Positions 1-8,253 of a stretch of DNA of 64,000 bases are shown here, in pieces; the stretch's first letter is position 1; the number at the start of each line of letters is the position of its first letter. The notes beneath the pieces are model-generated. The model was given only the letters and a program-made list of their open reading frames with translations. It did no database searches and was not told the origin of the DNA. The stretch is from Obrimoposthia wandeli (Eukaryota). The position numbers and the translations under genes are program-made. Location: assembly GCA_977020255.1 (NCBI GenBank), contig CDROCS010002834.1, forward strand, positions 62,001 through 126,000, written 5' to 3'.

Positions 1-325
1 CTAAACATAAAGGGTCACCAATAACGGGTAACCAACTAAAGAATAAGCTCCAGTAGCCATATTTTTTCAACCACTGTAATGCTTTATGACCATGTTTTTC
101 TTTAGAAGTTTTATCCGGTAGTAAACGCCCTAACCAGTAATTCGTCATTCCACCCAATGTATTACCTATCGTCGCCACTAATACCACAAGCCATAGAGCA
201 TTATCACCCAGCTTAATCGTTGCTATGAGGTTGGCTTCAGAGCCGCCCGGTAACAACGTGGCACTTAGAAAACCAGTGGTGAACAATACCCATAATGCTG
301 AATCGCCATTTAATAAATCTAACAT
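1..325 (-). CDS. yqaA: YqaA/DedA-family inner membrane protein, 3' end runs off the window
   Basis: Manual translation from ATG at 325: MLDLLNGDSALWVLFTTGFLSATLLPGGSEA...GNTLGGMTNYWLGR...SWLPVIGDPLCL, with typical YqaA motifs; not in the ORF track because it is truncated. Confidence 0.85.
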   Translation of the reverse strand, partial: MLDLLNGDSALWVLFTTGFLSATLLPGGSEANLIATIKLGDNALWLVVLVATIGNTLGGMTNYWLGRLLPDKTSKEKHGHKALQWLKKYGYWSLFFSWLPVIGDPLCL

Positions 326-607
326 CTTATTTACTTACATCAAGCTAATCGAAAAAAAACACTGCATATTAAATGCTTGTCGCTAAAAAAAATTTGCCAC
401 GAGTACGACCGGTTTATACGCACAAACACCTTCAGATTAGGCATATTAAGCGTCAATATGTACTGTTAATGGTTTAATTCAGTTATCGCTAGCTGCTTAT
501 ACGGTGCCATATAGCTTCCTTTTTCGTGGGTTAATTTTACAGACTAACTGAAAAATCATGTTATTAGTTATTAATAATGAATTCCTCTTATACTAAGCTA
601 CAGACAT

Positions 608-640
608 AAAAAAAACGGATAGCCTAAAGCTACCCGTTTC
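608..640 (-). terminator. Rho-independent terminator of oadGAB
   Basis: Minus strand AAACGGGTAGC-TTTAG-GCTATCCGTTT followed by a T run. Confidence 0.7.
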
Positions 641-738
641 AAATGTGTTCTTATCGATATCACTAACAGGACTAACCCTATCAATTAACGCAACAAATTA
701 ATGCGCGTCATTTAATGAACTATAGTCACTGCTCTGTA

Positions 739-1869
739 TTAACCCACGAGGGCCAATAGAATACCGGCAGCAACCGCAGAACCTAATACCCCAGCAACAT
801 TCGGCCCCATTGCATGCATTAGTAGGAAGTTTTGTGGGTTAGCTTCTAAGCCGACCTTATTCACTACACGTGCAGCCATAGGTACAGCAGAAACGCCCGC
901 AGCACCAATCAATGGGTTGATGTCTTCCTTACTGAAACGATTAAGTAATTTAGCCATCAACACACCACCACCAGTACCCACACTGAATGCCACTGCGCCT
1001 AATACCAAAATACCCAAGGTTTCAAACTGTAAGAACGTGTTCGCTTCAAGCTTTGAACCCACACCTAAACCCAACATGATCGTTACGATATTAATCAGTT
1101 CATTTTGAACCGTATTAGATAAACGATCGACCACGCCAGATTCACGCATCAAGTTACCTAAACAGAACATACCGATTAATGGTGTTGCTGATGGTAAAAA
1201 CAGAATAGTCATCAACAATACAGCCAACGGGAAGAGTACTTTCTCTGCCTTACTGACATGACGCAATTGCTGCATCTTAATTTGTCGTTCTTCCGGCGTG
1301 GTTAACGCCTTCATGATCGGCGGCTGAATAATCGGCACAAGAGCCATATAGCTATAAGCCGCTACAGCAATTGCCCCTAAGAGATCTGGCGCCAAACGAC
1401 TGGCAAGAAATATTGCCGTCGGCCCATCGGCGCCACCAATAATCGCAATGGACGATGCATCTGCAAGTGTAAATTCCATTCCAGGAACAAGATTCAGTAA
1501 AATTGCGCCAAATAAGGTAAAGAAAATACCAAATTGAGCAGCTGCACCTAATAACAATGTTTTAGGGTTAGCGATCAATGCCCCGAAATCTGTCATTGCC
1601 CCGACGCCCATGAAGATCAATAACGGGAAAACACCCGTTTCAATGCCCACATGGTAGATGTAATACAATAATCCGCCCGGCTCGGTAAATCCCGAGTTAG
1701 GAATATTCGCAAGAATAGCGCCAAAGCCCATTGGCAATAACAGTAAAGGTTCAAAGCCTTTACGAATAGCAAGAAACAGTAACCCACTGCCAACCAAAAT
1801 CATGATGATTTGACCGAACTCGAAATTAGCTATCCCTGTTTCTGCCCAGAGTTTTAATAAACCGTCCAT
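739..1869 (-). CDS. oadB: Na+-translocating oxaloacetate decarboxylase beta subunit
   Basis: 376 aa hydrophobic protein with [14 protein letters not shown] and HAMGPNVAG motifs; downstream of oadA. Confidence 0.95.
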   Translation of the reverse strand: MDGLLKLWAETGIANFEFGQIIMILVGSGLLFLAIRKGFEPLLLLPMGFGAILANIPNSGFTEPGGLLYYIYHVGIETGVFPLLIFMGVGAMTDFGALIANPKTLLLGAAAQFGIFFTLFGAILLNLVPGMEFTLADASSIAIIGGADGPTAIFLASRLAPDLLGAIAVAAYSYMALVPIIQPPIMKALTTPEERQIKMQQLRHVSKAEKVLFPLAVLLMTILFLPSATPLIGMFCLGNLMRESGVVDRLSNTVQNELINIVTIMLGLGVGSKLEANTFLQFETLGILVLGAVAFSVGTGGGVLMAKLLNRFSKEDINPLIGAAGVSAVPMAARVVNKVGLEANPQNFLLMHAMGPNVAGVLGSAVAAGILLALVG

Positions 1870-1878
1870 GGTACCCTC

Positions 1879-3654
1879 TTACGCCAAACTTAGTATTGGC
1901 GAACCAACCGAAACAGAATCACCCTCTTTAACATGCAACTCTTGAATGACACCATTACGAGCTGCACGAATTTCTGTTTCCATCTTCATAGCTTCAAGCA
2001 CAATCAATACATCGCCTTCAGAGACTTGATTGCCCGGCTTAACATTGATTTTAAAGATACTTCCCGCTAGAGGTGCTGAAATATCTTCCGCATTACTCGC
2101 GGCAGCGACGGGTGCGGAGGTTGATGTTGCAGATACAACACTTGATAGCTCACCACTTGGACCGACTTCTACGTTATAAACCTGCCCGTTCACTCTCACA
2201 CTGTACGCTTCAATGCCACCGGTAGAGGCGGCTGGTTTGGCAACTGGTGCAGTAACAGCAGATTCCGCTTCAGGTGCTGGTTCAAATGCTTCTGGGTTAT
2301 TACGGTTTTTAAGGAATTTCAAACCAACTTGTGGGAATAACGCATACGTTAATACATCATCCACCGAGTCTTTAGCTAACTTGATATTGTCGGTTTCGGC
2401 TTTAGCCAGTAGGTCATCCGTTAGGATTGAGAGCTCATCTGCAATAAGATCAGCAGGGCGACATGTGATAGCTTCAGCGCCTTCAAGCACTCGAGCCTGA
2501 AGCTCTGCATTCACAGGCGCAGGAGCTTGACCATATTCACCTTTCAGAATGCCAGCCGTTTCTTTCGCAATGTTCTTGTAGCGCTCACCCGTAAGCACAT
2601 TCAATACCGCTTGAGTACCAACAATCTGCGATGTCGGTGTTACCAAAGGAATAAAGCCAAGATCTTTACGAACTCGAGGGATCTCTGCTAATACTTCATC
2701 AAAACGATCAGCAGCACCTTGCTCTTTTAACTGGCCTTCCATGTTAGTCAGCATGCCACCAGGCACTTGCGCAAGAAGAATTCGAGCATCAACACCTTTC
2801 AAGCTACCTTCAAATTTCGCGTATTTTTTACGAACTTCACGGAAGTAAGTCGCAATAGGTTCAATCTGCTGCAGATCTAAGTTGGTATCACGTTCTGTGC
2901 CTTCCAGCATCGCAATAACAGTTTCGGTAGGTGTATGACCATACGTTTGGCTCATTGAAGAAATAGACGTATCAAGAATATCTAAACCAGCTTCTACCGC
3001 TTTTACTGCAGTTGCTGCAGACAATCCCGTTGTTGCATGGCAATGAAGGGCAAGCGGTACATCACATGATGCTTTAATACGTTTAACTAACTCTTCGGCT
3101 TCATAAGGCTTAAGCAGACCAGACATGTCTTTAATACAAATAGAATGACAACCAAGATCTTCTAAGCGCTTAGCTAAATCAGTCCATGTATCTAAATTGT
3201 GCACAGGGCTTGTTGTGTATGAAATAGTACCTTGAGCATGAGCACCAACATCGATTGTTGATTTCACTGCTTTTTCAAAGTTACGTACATCATTCATTGC
3301 ATCAAAAATACGGAATACATCCATACCATTTGCATGGGCACGTTCAACAAACTTCTCGACCACGTCATCGCCATAGTGGCGATACCCCAATAGATTTTGC
3401 CCACGTAGCAACATTTGCATCGGTGTTTTAGGCATCGCTTGTTTTAAGGCTCGTAAACGTTCCCATGGGTCTTCACCCAAAAAGCGAATGCATGAATCAA
3501 ATGTTGCCCCACCCCATGTTTCAAGGGACCAATACCCCACGTTGTCTAACTGCTCTGCGATTGGCAGCATATCTTCAATACGCATGCGGGTGGCAAACAG
3601 TGACTGGTGAGCATCACGTAATACAACGTCAGTGATAGCTAAAGGCTTAGACAT
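1879..3654 (-). CDS. oadA: Oxaloacetate decarboxylase alpha subunit
   Basis: [15 protein letters not shown] carboxyltransferase start; C-terminal biotinyl domain with EAMKM. Confidence 0.96.
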   Translation of the reverse strand: MSKPLAITDVVLRDAHQSLFATRMRIEDMLPIAEQLDNVGYWSLETWGGATFDSCIRFLGEDPWERLRALKQAMPKTPMQMLLRGQNLLGYRHYGDDVVEKFVERAHANGMDVFRIFDAMNDVRNFEKAVKSTIDVGAHAQGTISYTTSPVHNLDTWTDLAKRLEDLGCHSICIKDMSGLLKPYEAEELVKRIKASCDVPLALHCHATTGLSAATAVKAVEAGLDILDTSISSMSQTYGHTPTETVIAMLEGTERDTNLDLQQIEPIATYFREVRKKYAKFEGSLKGVDARILLAQVPGGMLTNMEGQLKEQGAADRFDEVLAEIPRVRKDLGFIPLVTPTSQIVGTQAVLNVLTGERYKNIAKETAGILKGEYGQAPAPVNAELQARVLEGAEAITCRPADLIADELSILTDDLLAKAETDNIKLAKDSVDDVLTYALFPQVGLKFLKNRNNPEAFEPAPEAESAVTAPVAKPAASTGGIEAYSVRVNGQVYNVEVGPSGELSSVVSATSTSAPVAAASNAEDISAPLAGSIFKINVKPGNQVSEGDVLIVLEAMKMETEIRAARNGVIQELHVKEGDSVSVGSPILSLA

Positions 3655-3697
3655 GATCGAAAACTCCTTGTAAGTGTAATTAGCCTATAAATCATTC

Positions 3698-3946
3698 TTA
3701 GGCGTTACGTTGACGATACAGATGTACCGCGGCAGATATTGCTGCCACAACGTCAGGTTGAACCCCTGCATGATTTGACTCAGCATTTGTCATAGGCTTT
3801 GGAATTGATACTGCATCTGCAGGTGCCAGTTTTGACAAAAGTTGAACTAAAAAGATTAAGGTGCTCAGAAATACAAAAACCACAAACATGCCAGTTAACA
3901 TGATTGTTGCTGCTTCCTGTAGCAAACTTCCTAAATCAGCCATCAT
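3698..3946 (-). CDS. oadG: Oxaloacetate decarboxylase gamma subunit
   Basis: 82 aa, one TM helix (MLTGMFVVFVFLSTLI), VAAISAAVH motif, first gene of oadGAB. Confidence 0.9.
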   Translation of the reverse strand: MMADLGSLLQEAATIMLTGMFVVFVFLSTLIFLVQLLSKLAPADAVSIPKPMTNAESNHAGVQPDVVAAISAAVHLYRQRNA

Positions 3947-3983
3947 AGATTCCTTTCATTATTTTGTGACTGGTGCGTTAAGG

Positions 3984-4011
3984 ATTATCACGACATGAAA
4001 AAATAAGTCAA
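3984..4011 (-). promoter_or_regulatory. Putative sigma70 promoter for oadGAB
   Basis: Minus strand TTGACT-N16-GATAAT about 40 bp upstream of the oadG start. Confidence 0.45.
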
Positions 4012-4698
4012 ATGTATTAACAATATCACTCCGTATAGTTGAAGATCGCACTCATTTTCACCTATCCCAATAAGAAAATAGTAATAAAACAGTCTATTTA
4101 TCATAAATTGTAGAAAAATAAGTCACTAACAGTGCCTACTCTTATTAAAAAAATCAACAACAAGCCATATAAAACAACAGATAAAGCATCACGAATTACG
4201 TTAACGTTAACGTAAAGTTAATAATAGGAATTAGTTTTTTTTATGCAAAAATAATGTCAGATCAAACAATTACAAAAAATCGATAAATAGTGCGATTACG
4301 TTTACGATATTTTATATAAATAAATCAATTTGACAGTCACTTCACATGTTCCAAGAGATACATCCACGCTAAGTCAATAAAAGCATCTAATGAGTATTAC
4401 CGCTGAAAAAAGCACTTAATGTGAAAAGGTAAGAATTAATAGAGCTGCCTAATCGATCTTTAACCACCCCAAACAAGTCATAATAAAAATGATACTCAGC
4501 AGGCGTGATAATAGTAGATGGAAATTGAAATAACTAATGGCTCTAATTATAAAAGATCTGTCTCTGTTATTGATAATGTTAAGCAGCCTACAAATAATAA
4601 GGTACTTGTTTATGTTGATCTTTGTCGAGCTAAAGGGGGGGGGAAGTAATACGATTCAGGAGGTAAAGGTGGAAAGTAAAACATCAAAAAGTAGATAC

Positions 4699-4725
4699 AA
4701 AAAAGCCCAGCCGAAGCTGAGCTTT
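4699..4725 (-). terminator. Terminator of the tRNA operon
   Basis: Minus strand AGCTCAGC-TTCG-GCTGGGCT-TTTTT immediately after the last tRNA-Arg. Confidence 0.85.
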
Positions 4726-4731
4726 AAATGA

Positions 4732-4808
4732 TGGTGCACGCGGGAGGATTCGAACCTCCGACCGCCTGGTTCGTAGCCAAGTACTCTATCCAGCTGAGCT
4801 ACGCGTGC
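4732..4808 (-). tRNA. tRNA-Arg (ACG), copy 11 in transcription order
   Basis: 77 nt GCACGCGTAGCTCAGCTGGATAGAGTACTTGGCTACGAACCAGGCGGTCGGAGGTTCGAATCCTCCCGCGTGCACCA; cloverleaf, ACG anticodon, encoded CCA. Confidence 0.97.
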
Positions 4809-4865
4809 ACTAATTCTGTTTTACTACAACGACAATCACGAAGCATTGTCACTGCGTTTTAATGA

Positions 4866-4942
4866 TGGTGCACGCGGGAGGATTCGAACCTCCGACCGCC
4901 TGGTTCGTAGCCAAGTACTCTATCCAGCTGAGCTACGCGTGC
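4866..4942 (-). tRNA. tRNA-Arg (ACG), copy 10
   Basis: Identical 77-nt sequence, 134-bp period. Confidence 0.97.
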
Positions 4943-4999
4943 ACTAATTCTGTTTTACTACAACGACAATCACGAAGCATTATCACTGCGTTTTAATGA

Positions 5000-5076
5000 T
5001 GGTGCACGCGGGAGGATTCGAACCTCCGACCGCCTGGTTCGTAGCCAAGTACTCTATCCAGCTGAGCTACGCGTGC
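5000..5076 (-). tRNA. tRNA-Arg (ACG), copy 9
   Basis: Identical 77-nt sequence. Confidence 0.97.
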
Positions 5077-5133
5077 ACTAATTCTGTTTTACTACAACGA
5101 CAATCACGAAACATTATCACTGCGTTTTAATGA

Positions 5134-5210
5134 TGGTGCACGCGGGAGGATTCGAACCTCCGACCGCCTGGTTCGTAGCCAAGTACTCTATCCAGCTGAG
5201 CTACGCGTGC
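5134..5210 (-). tRNA. tRNA-Arg (ACG), copy 8
   Basis: Identical 77-nt sequence. Confidence 0.97.
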
Positions 5211-5267
5211 ACTAATTCTGTTTTACTACAACGACAATCACGAAGCATTGTCACTGCGTTTTAATAA

Positions 5268-5344
5268 TGGTGCACGCGGGAGGATTCGAACCTCCGACCG
5301 CCTGGTTCGTAGCCAAGTACTCTATCCAGCTGAGCTACGCGTGC
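5268..5344 (-). tRNA. tRNA-Arg (ACG), copy 7
   Basis: Identical 77-nt sequence. Confidence 0.97.
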
Positions 5345-5401
5345 ACTAATTCTGTTTTACTACAACGACAATCACGAAACATTATCACTGCGTTTTAATG
5401 A

Positions 5402-5478
5402 TGGTGCACGCGGGAGGATTCGAACCTCCGACCGCCTGGTTCGTAGCCAAGTACTCTATCCAGCTGAGCTACGCGTGC
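5402..5478 (-). tRNA. tRNA-Arg (ACG), copy 6
   Basis: Identical 77-nt sequence. Confidence 0.97.
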
Positions 5479-5535
5479 ACTAATTCTGTTTTACTACAAC
5501 GACAATCACGAAACATTATCACTGCGTTTTAATGA

Positions 5536-5612
5536 TGGTGCACGCGGGAGGATTCGAACCTCCGACCGCCTGGTTCGTAGCCAAGTACTCTATCCAGCTG
5601 AGCTACGCGTGC
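5536..5612 (-). tRNA. tRNA-Arg (ACG), copy 5
   Basis: Identical 77-nt sequence. Confidence 0.97.
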
Positions 5613-5702
5613 ACTGTTATTGCTTTACTTATCTTCATGCTAAGAAAGATACTTATTAAAACGAGTCGACTACTAAGTAGTACACTAACCTTAACGAAAG
5701 AA

Positions 5703-5794
5703 TGGCGGTGAAGGAGGGATTCGAACCCTCGATACGGGATAAACCATATACTCCCTTAGCAGGGGAGCGCCTTCAGCCTCTCGGCCACCTCACC
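5703..5794 (-). tRNA. tRNA-Ser (GCT), copy 3
   Basis: 92 nt GGTGAGGTGGCCGAGAGGCTGAAGGCGCTCCCCTGCTAAGGGAGT...CCTTCACCGCCA, long variable arm, serV-like. Confidence 0.97.
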
Positions 5795-5806
5795 ACACGA
5801 ATTAAA

Positions 5807-5883
5807 TGGTGCACGCGGGAGGATTCGAACCTCCGACCGCCTGGTTCGTAGCCAAGTACTCTATCCAGCTGAGCTACGCGTGC
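5807..5883 (-). tRNA. tRNA-Arg (ACG), copy 4
   Basis: Identical 77-nt sequence. Confidence 0.97.
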
Positions 5884-5940
5884 ACTAATTCTGTTTTACT
5901 ACAACAACAATCATGAAACATTGTCACTGCGTTTAAATGA

Positions 5941-6017
5941 TGGTGCACGCGGGAGGATTCGAACCTCCGACCGCCTGGTTCGTAGCCAAGTACTCTATCC
6001 AGCTGAGCTACGCGTGC
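5941..6017 (-). tRNA. tRNA-Arg (ACG), copy 3
   Basis: Identical 77-nt sequence. Confidence 0.97.
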
Positions 6018-6107
6018 ACTGATCTTGCTTTACTTATCTTCCTGCTAAGAAAGATACTTATTAAAACGAGTCGACTACTAAGTAGTACACTAGCCTTAAC
6101 GAAAGAA

Positions 6108-6199
6108 TGGCGGTGAAGGAGGGATTCGAACCCTCGATACGGGATAAACCATATACTCCCTTAGCAGGGGAGCGCCTTCAGCCTCTCGGCCACCTCACC
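6108..6199 (-). tRNA. tRNA-Ser (GCT), copy 2
   Basis: Identical 92-nt sequence. Confidence 0.97.
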
Positions 6200-6211
6200 A
6201 CACGAATTAAA

Positions 6212-6288
6212 TGGTGCACGCGGGAGGATTCGAACCTCCGACCGCCTGGTTCGTAGCCAAGTACTCTATCCAGCTGAGCTACGCGTGC
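6212..6288 (-). tRNA. tRNA-Arg (ACG), copy 2
   Basis: Identical 77-nt sequence. Confidence 0.97.
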
Positions 6289-6342
6289 ACTAATTCTGTT
6301 TTACTACAACGACAACTGAAGAATGTCATTGCTTATAAATAA

Positions 6343-6419
6343 TGGTGCACGCGGGAGGATTCGAACCTCCGACCGCCTGGTTCGTAGCCAAGTACTCTAT
6401 CCAGCTGAGCTACGCGTGC
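6343..6419 (-). tRNA. tRNA-Arg (ACG), copy 1
   Basis: Identical 77-nt sequence. Confidence 0.97.
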
Positions 6420-6456
6420 ACTGATGTTTCTTTTTCACAATGCCATTAAAAAATAA

Positions 6457-6548
6457 TGGCGGTGAAGGAGGGATTCGAACCCTCGATACGGGATAAACCA
6501 TATACTCCCTTAGCAGGGGAGCGCCTTCAGCCTCTCGGCCACCTCACC
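6457..6548 (-). tRNA. tRNA-Ser (GCT), copy 1 (first gene of the operon)
   Basis: Identical 92-nt sequence. Confidence 0.97.
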
Positions 6549-6555
6549 GTGTTTC

Positions 6556-6591
6556 GGGGGCTCATATTACTGCCAGCCCAAAATAAGTCAA
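6556..6591 (-). promoter_or_regulatory. Stable-RNA-type sigma70 promoter of the tRNA operon
   Basis: Minus strand TTGACT (6591-6586), 16 bp, TAATAT (6569-6564), then GC-rich discriminator GAGCCCCC. Confidence 0.8.
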
Positions 6592-6739
6592 ACACTTTAT
6601 TGCCAAAAAACAGCAATCGCAGCACGCATGCACATTTAATAGCCAACAAGGCAACTAAACCAACGTAACTATCGAGATGTTTGGCATATTTTTTCAAAGC
6701 TAACAAAAATATAAATTGTATCTAGATCAAACTTGAGAC

Positions 6740-6767
6740 AAAAAAGGCCAGCATACTATAGCCGACC
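6740..6767 (-). terminator. csrA terminator
   Basis: GGTCGGC-N8-GCTGGCC-TTTTTT on the minus strand. Confidence 0.7.
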
Positions 6768-6775
6768 TATTTGTA

Positions 6776-6973
6776 TTAGAAGTTACCAGAACCTTGAGTT
6801 CCGTTTTCTTTTTCAGCTTGAATTCGCATGTAGATTTCTTCACGGTGTACAGATACTTCTTTAGGTGCGTTAACACCAATGCGAACTTGGTTACCCTTAA
6901 CACCAAGTACAGTAACTGTTACTTCATCACCAATCATTAGCGTTTCACCAACGCGACGAGTCAAAATTAGCAT
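6776..6973 (-). CDS. csrA: Carbon storage regulator CsrA
   Basis: [48 protein letters not shown] is the canonical sequence. Confidence 0.99.
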   Translation of the reverse strand: MLILTRRVGETLMIGDEVTVTVLGVKGNQVRIGVNAPKEVSVHREEIYMRIQAEKENGTQGSGNF

Positions 6974-7058
6974 TCGTGTGCTCCTTGAGTTATCTCAGTT
7001 TTATAAGAATTAATAGTTATTATCCAGCAAAATTTACGATACCGTAAATGGTCTCCGC

Positions 7059-8237
7059 TCAATAAATAGCGAGAAGTGGTGGATTATCCAGCCTTTGCTG
7101 GTCTACCACAAACCTTTTGTGGATGATATCAACAGCTAACTTATGATTATCATCATCTATCAAAAAAGAAAGACAATCAGTTTGTTGCTGCTTATGGTGC
7201 ACAATAATGCCAGCTTCTGATAAGAATACACGAATTTCATCCGAATATTCCAATATATCATTCCCTATCATAGATAGAGTCGAAACATCACCAATATGGC
7301 GCATTTTTCCATCTAACACTAGCCTAAGCCGTGCTAAATCGTCATTTGACGCAACAATTTGTGTGGAATCTGCTTTTGTAGTCACACTCCAAACGTCGAC
7401 CCCAAATAAACTTAATTGTCTTTGTAGCGCTTCTTTCGAGAGATCAACATCCAACAGTGCCTGATTACCTAAAACGGCAATACCAACAATAGAAGATGTT
7501 GAAGCTCTATCAAAATTGACAAGTGTTCCCTCCCCTTCATCAAACGACGAAAGCACCCGTAAAGGAACACTGTGCTGAAGAGCATACTCAACTGACTGTA
7601 ACTGTAGCACTTTAGCACCTTTACTCGCCATTGTTCTCATATGCTCAAAATGAACCACATCTAAACGTTTGGCATCAGGCACTAAGCGAGGGTCTGTCGA
7701 ATAGACCCCGTCTACATCTGTAAATATTTGACATTCAGTTGCATTCAAAGCGCTCGCTACCGCAACAGCGGTCGTATCTGAACCGCCTCGCCCTAAGGTC
7801 GTGATATTGTTATCGCTATCACGCCCTTGAAAGCCTGCCACAACAACAACGTTACCTTGTTCAAGTAACGCTGTTAAACGCTTTGTCTCAACTTCGATGA
7901 TACTGGCATTATTAAATACATTATCCGTTCGAATAGTCACTTGCTCAGCCGTTAAGGATTGCGCCTTAATACCTCGCCTATTCAAAGCCATCGCAAGTAA
8001 AGCAATAGACACTTGCTCACCCGCTGATAATAAGACATCCAACTCTCTCGCCGTTGGAATCTCATCAATTTGTTTTGCCAAGCCTAACAAGCGATTTGTC
8101 TCACCCGCCATGGCTGACAATACAACAACTATCTGATGACCTTGCTGATATGTTTTCATTACACGATCAGCTACAGCTTCAATTCGGTCAATACTACCTA
8201 CCGACGTACCCCCAAATTTCTGCACTAATAATGTCAC
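7059..8237 (-). CDS. Aspartate kinase (monofunctional)
   Basis: VQKFGGTSVG, TTLGRGGSDTTA, TDVDGVYSTDPR motifs; alaS-aspartokinase-csrA synteny; GTG start. Confidence 0.93.
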   Translation of the reverse strand: MTLLVQKFGGTSVGSIDRIEAVADRVMKTYQQGHQIVVVLSAMAGETNRLLGLAKQIDEIPTARELDVLLSAGEQVSIALLAMALNRRGIKAQSLTAEQVTIRTDNVFNNASIIEVETKRLTALLEQGNVVVVAGFQGRDSDNNITTLGRGGSDTTAVAVASALNATECQIFTDVDGVYSTDPRLVPDAKRLDVVHFEHMRTMASKGAKVLQLQSVEYALQHSVPLRVLSSFDEGEGTLVNFDRASTSSIVGIAVLGNQALLDVDLSKEALQRQLSLFGVDVWSVTTKADSTQIVASNDDLARLRLVLDGKMRHIGDVSTLSMIGNDILEYSDEIRVFLSEAGIIVHHKQQQTDCLSFLIDDDNHKLAVDIIHKRFVVDQQRLDNPPLLAIY

Positions 8238-8253
8238 TTCACCTCTCCAATAT

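Larger units (their letters stand above)
4732..5612. repeat. Tandem array of 134-bp units (tRNA-Arg + 57-bp spacer) carrying 7 tRNA copies
   Basis: Unit starts at 4732, 4866, 5000, 5134, 5268, 5402, 5536; spacers differ at only 1-3 positions. Confidence 0.97.

Noticed and set aside
326-738. CsrB/CsrC-type sRNA, sought because csrA and barA are both in the window
   Set aside because: No cluster of repeated (A/C)GGA hairpin motifs here or in the other intergenic regions I read.
4537-4731. 64-aa plus-strand ORF
   Set aside because: No RBS or recognisable motif, and it ends inside the tRNA terminator on the opposite strand.
4732-5612. CRISPR-like regularly spaced repeat array
   Set aside because: The repeats are complete tRNA-Arg genes, the spacers are near-identical rather than unique, and there are no cas genes.
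6456-6668. 70-aa plus-strand ORF (MAVKEGFEPS...)
   Set aside because: Antisense reading of tRNA-Ser and its promoter; a common annotation artefact.
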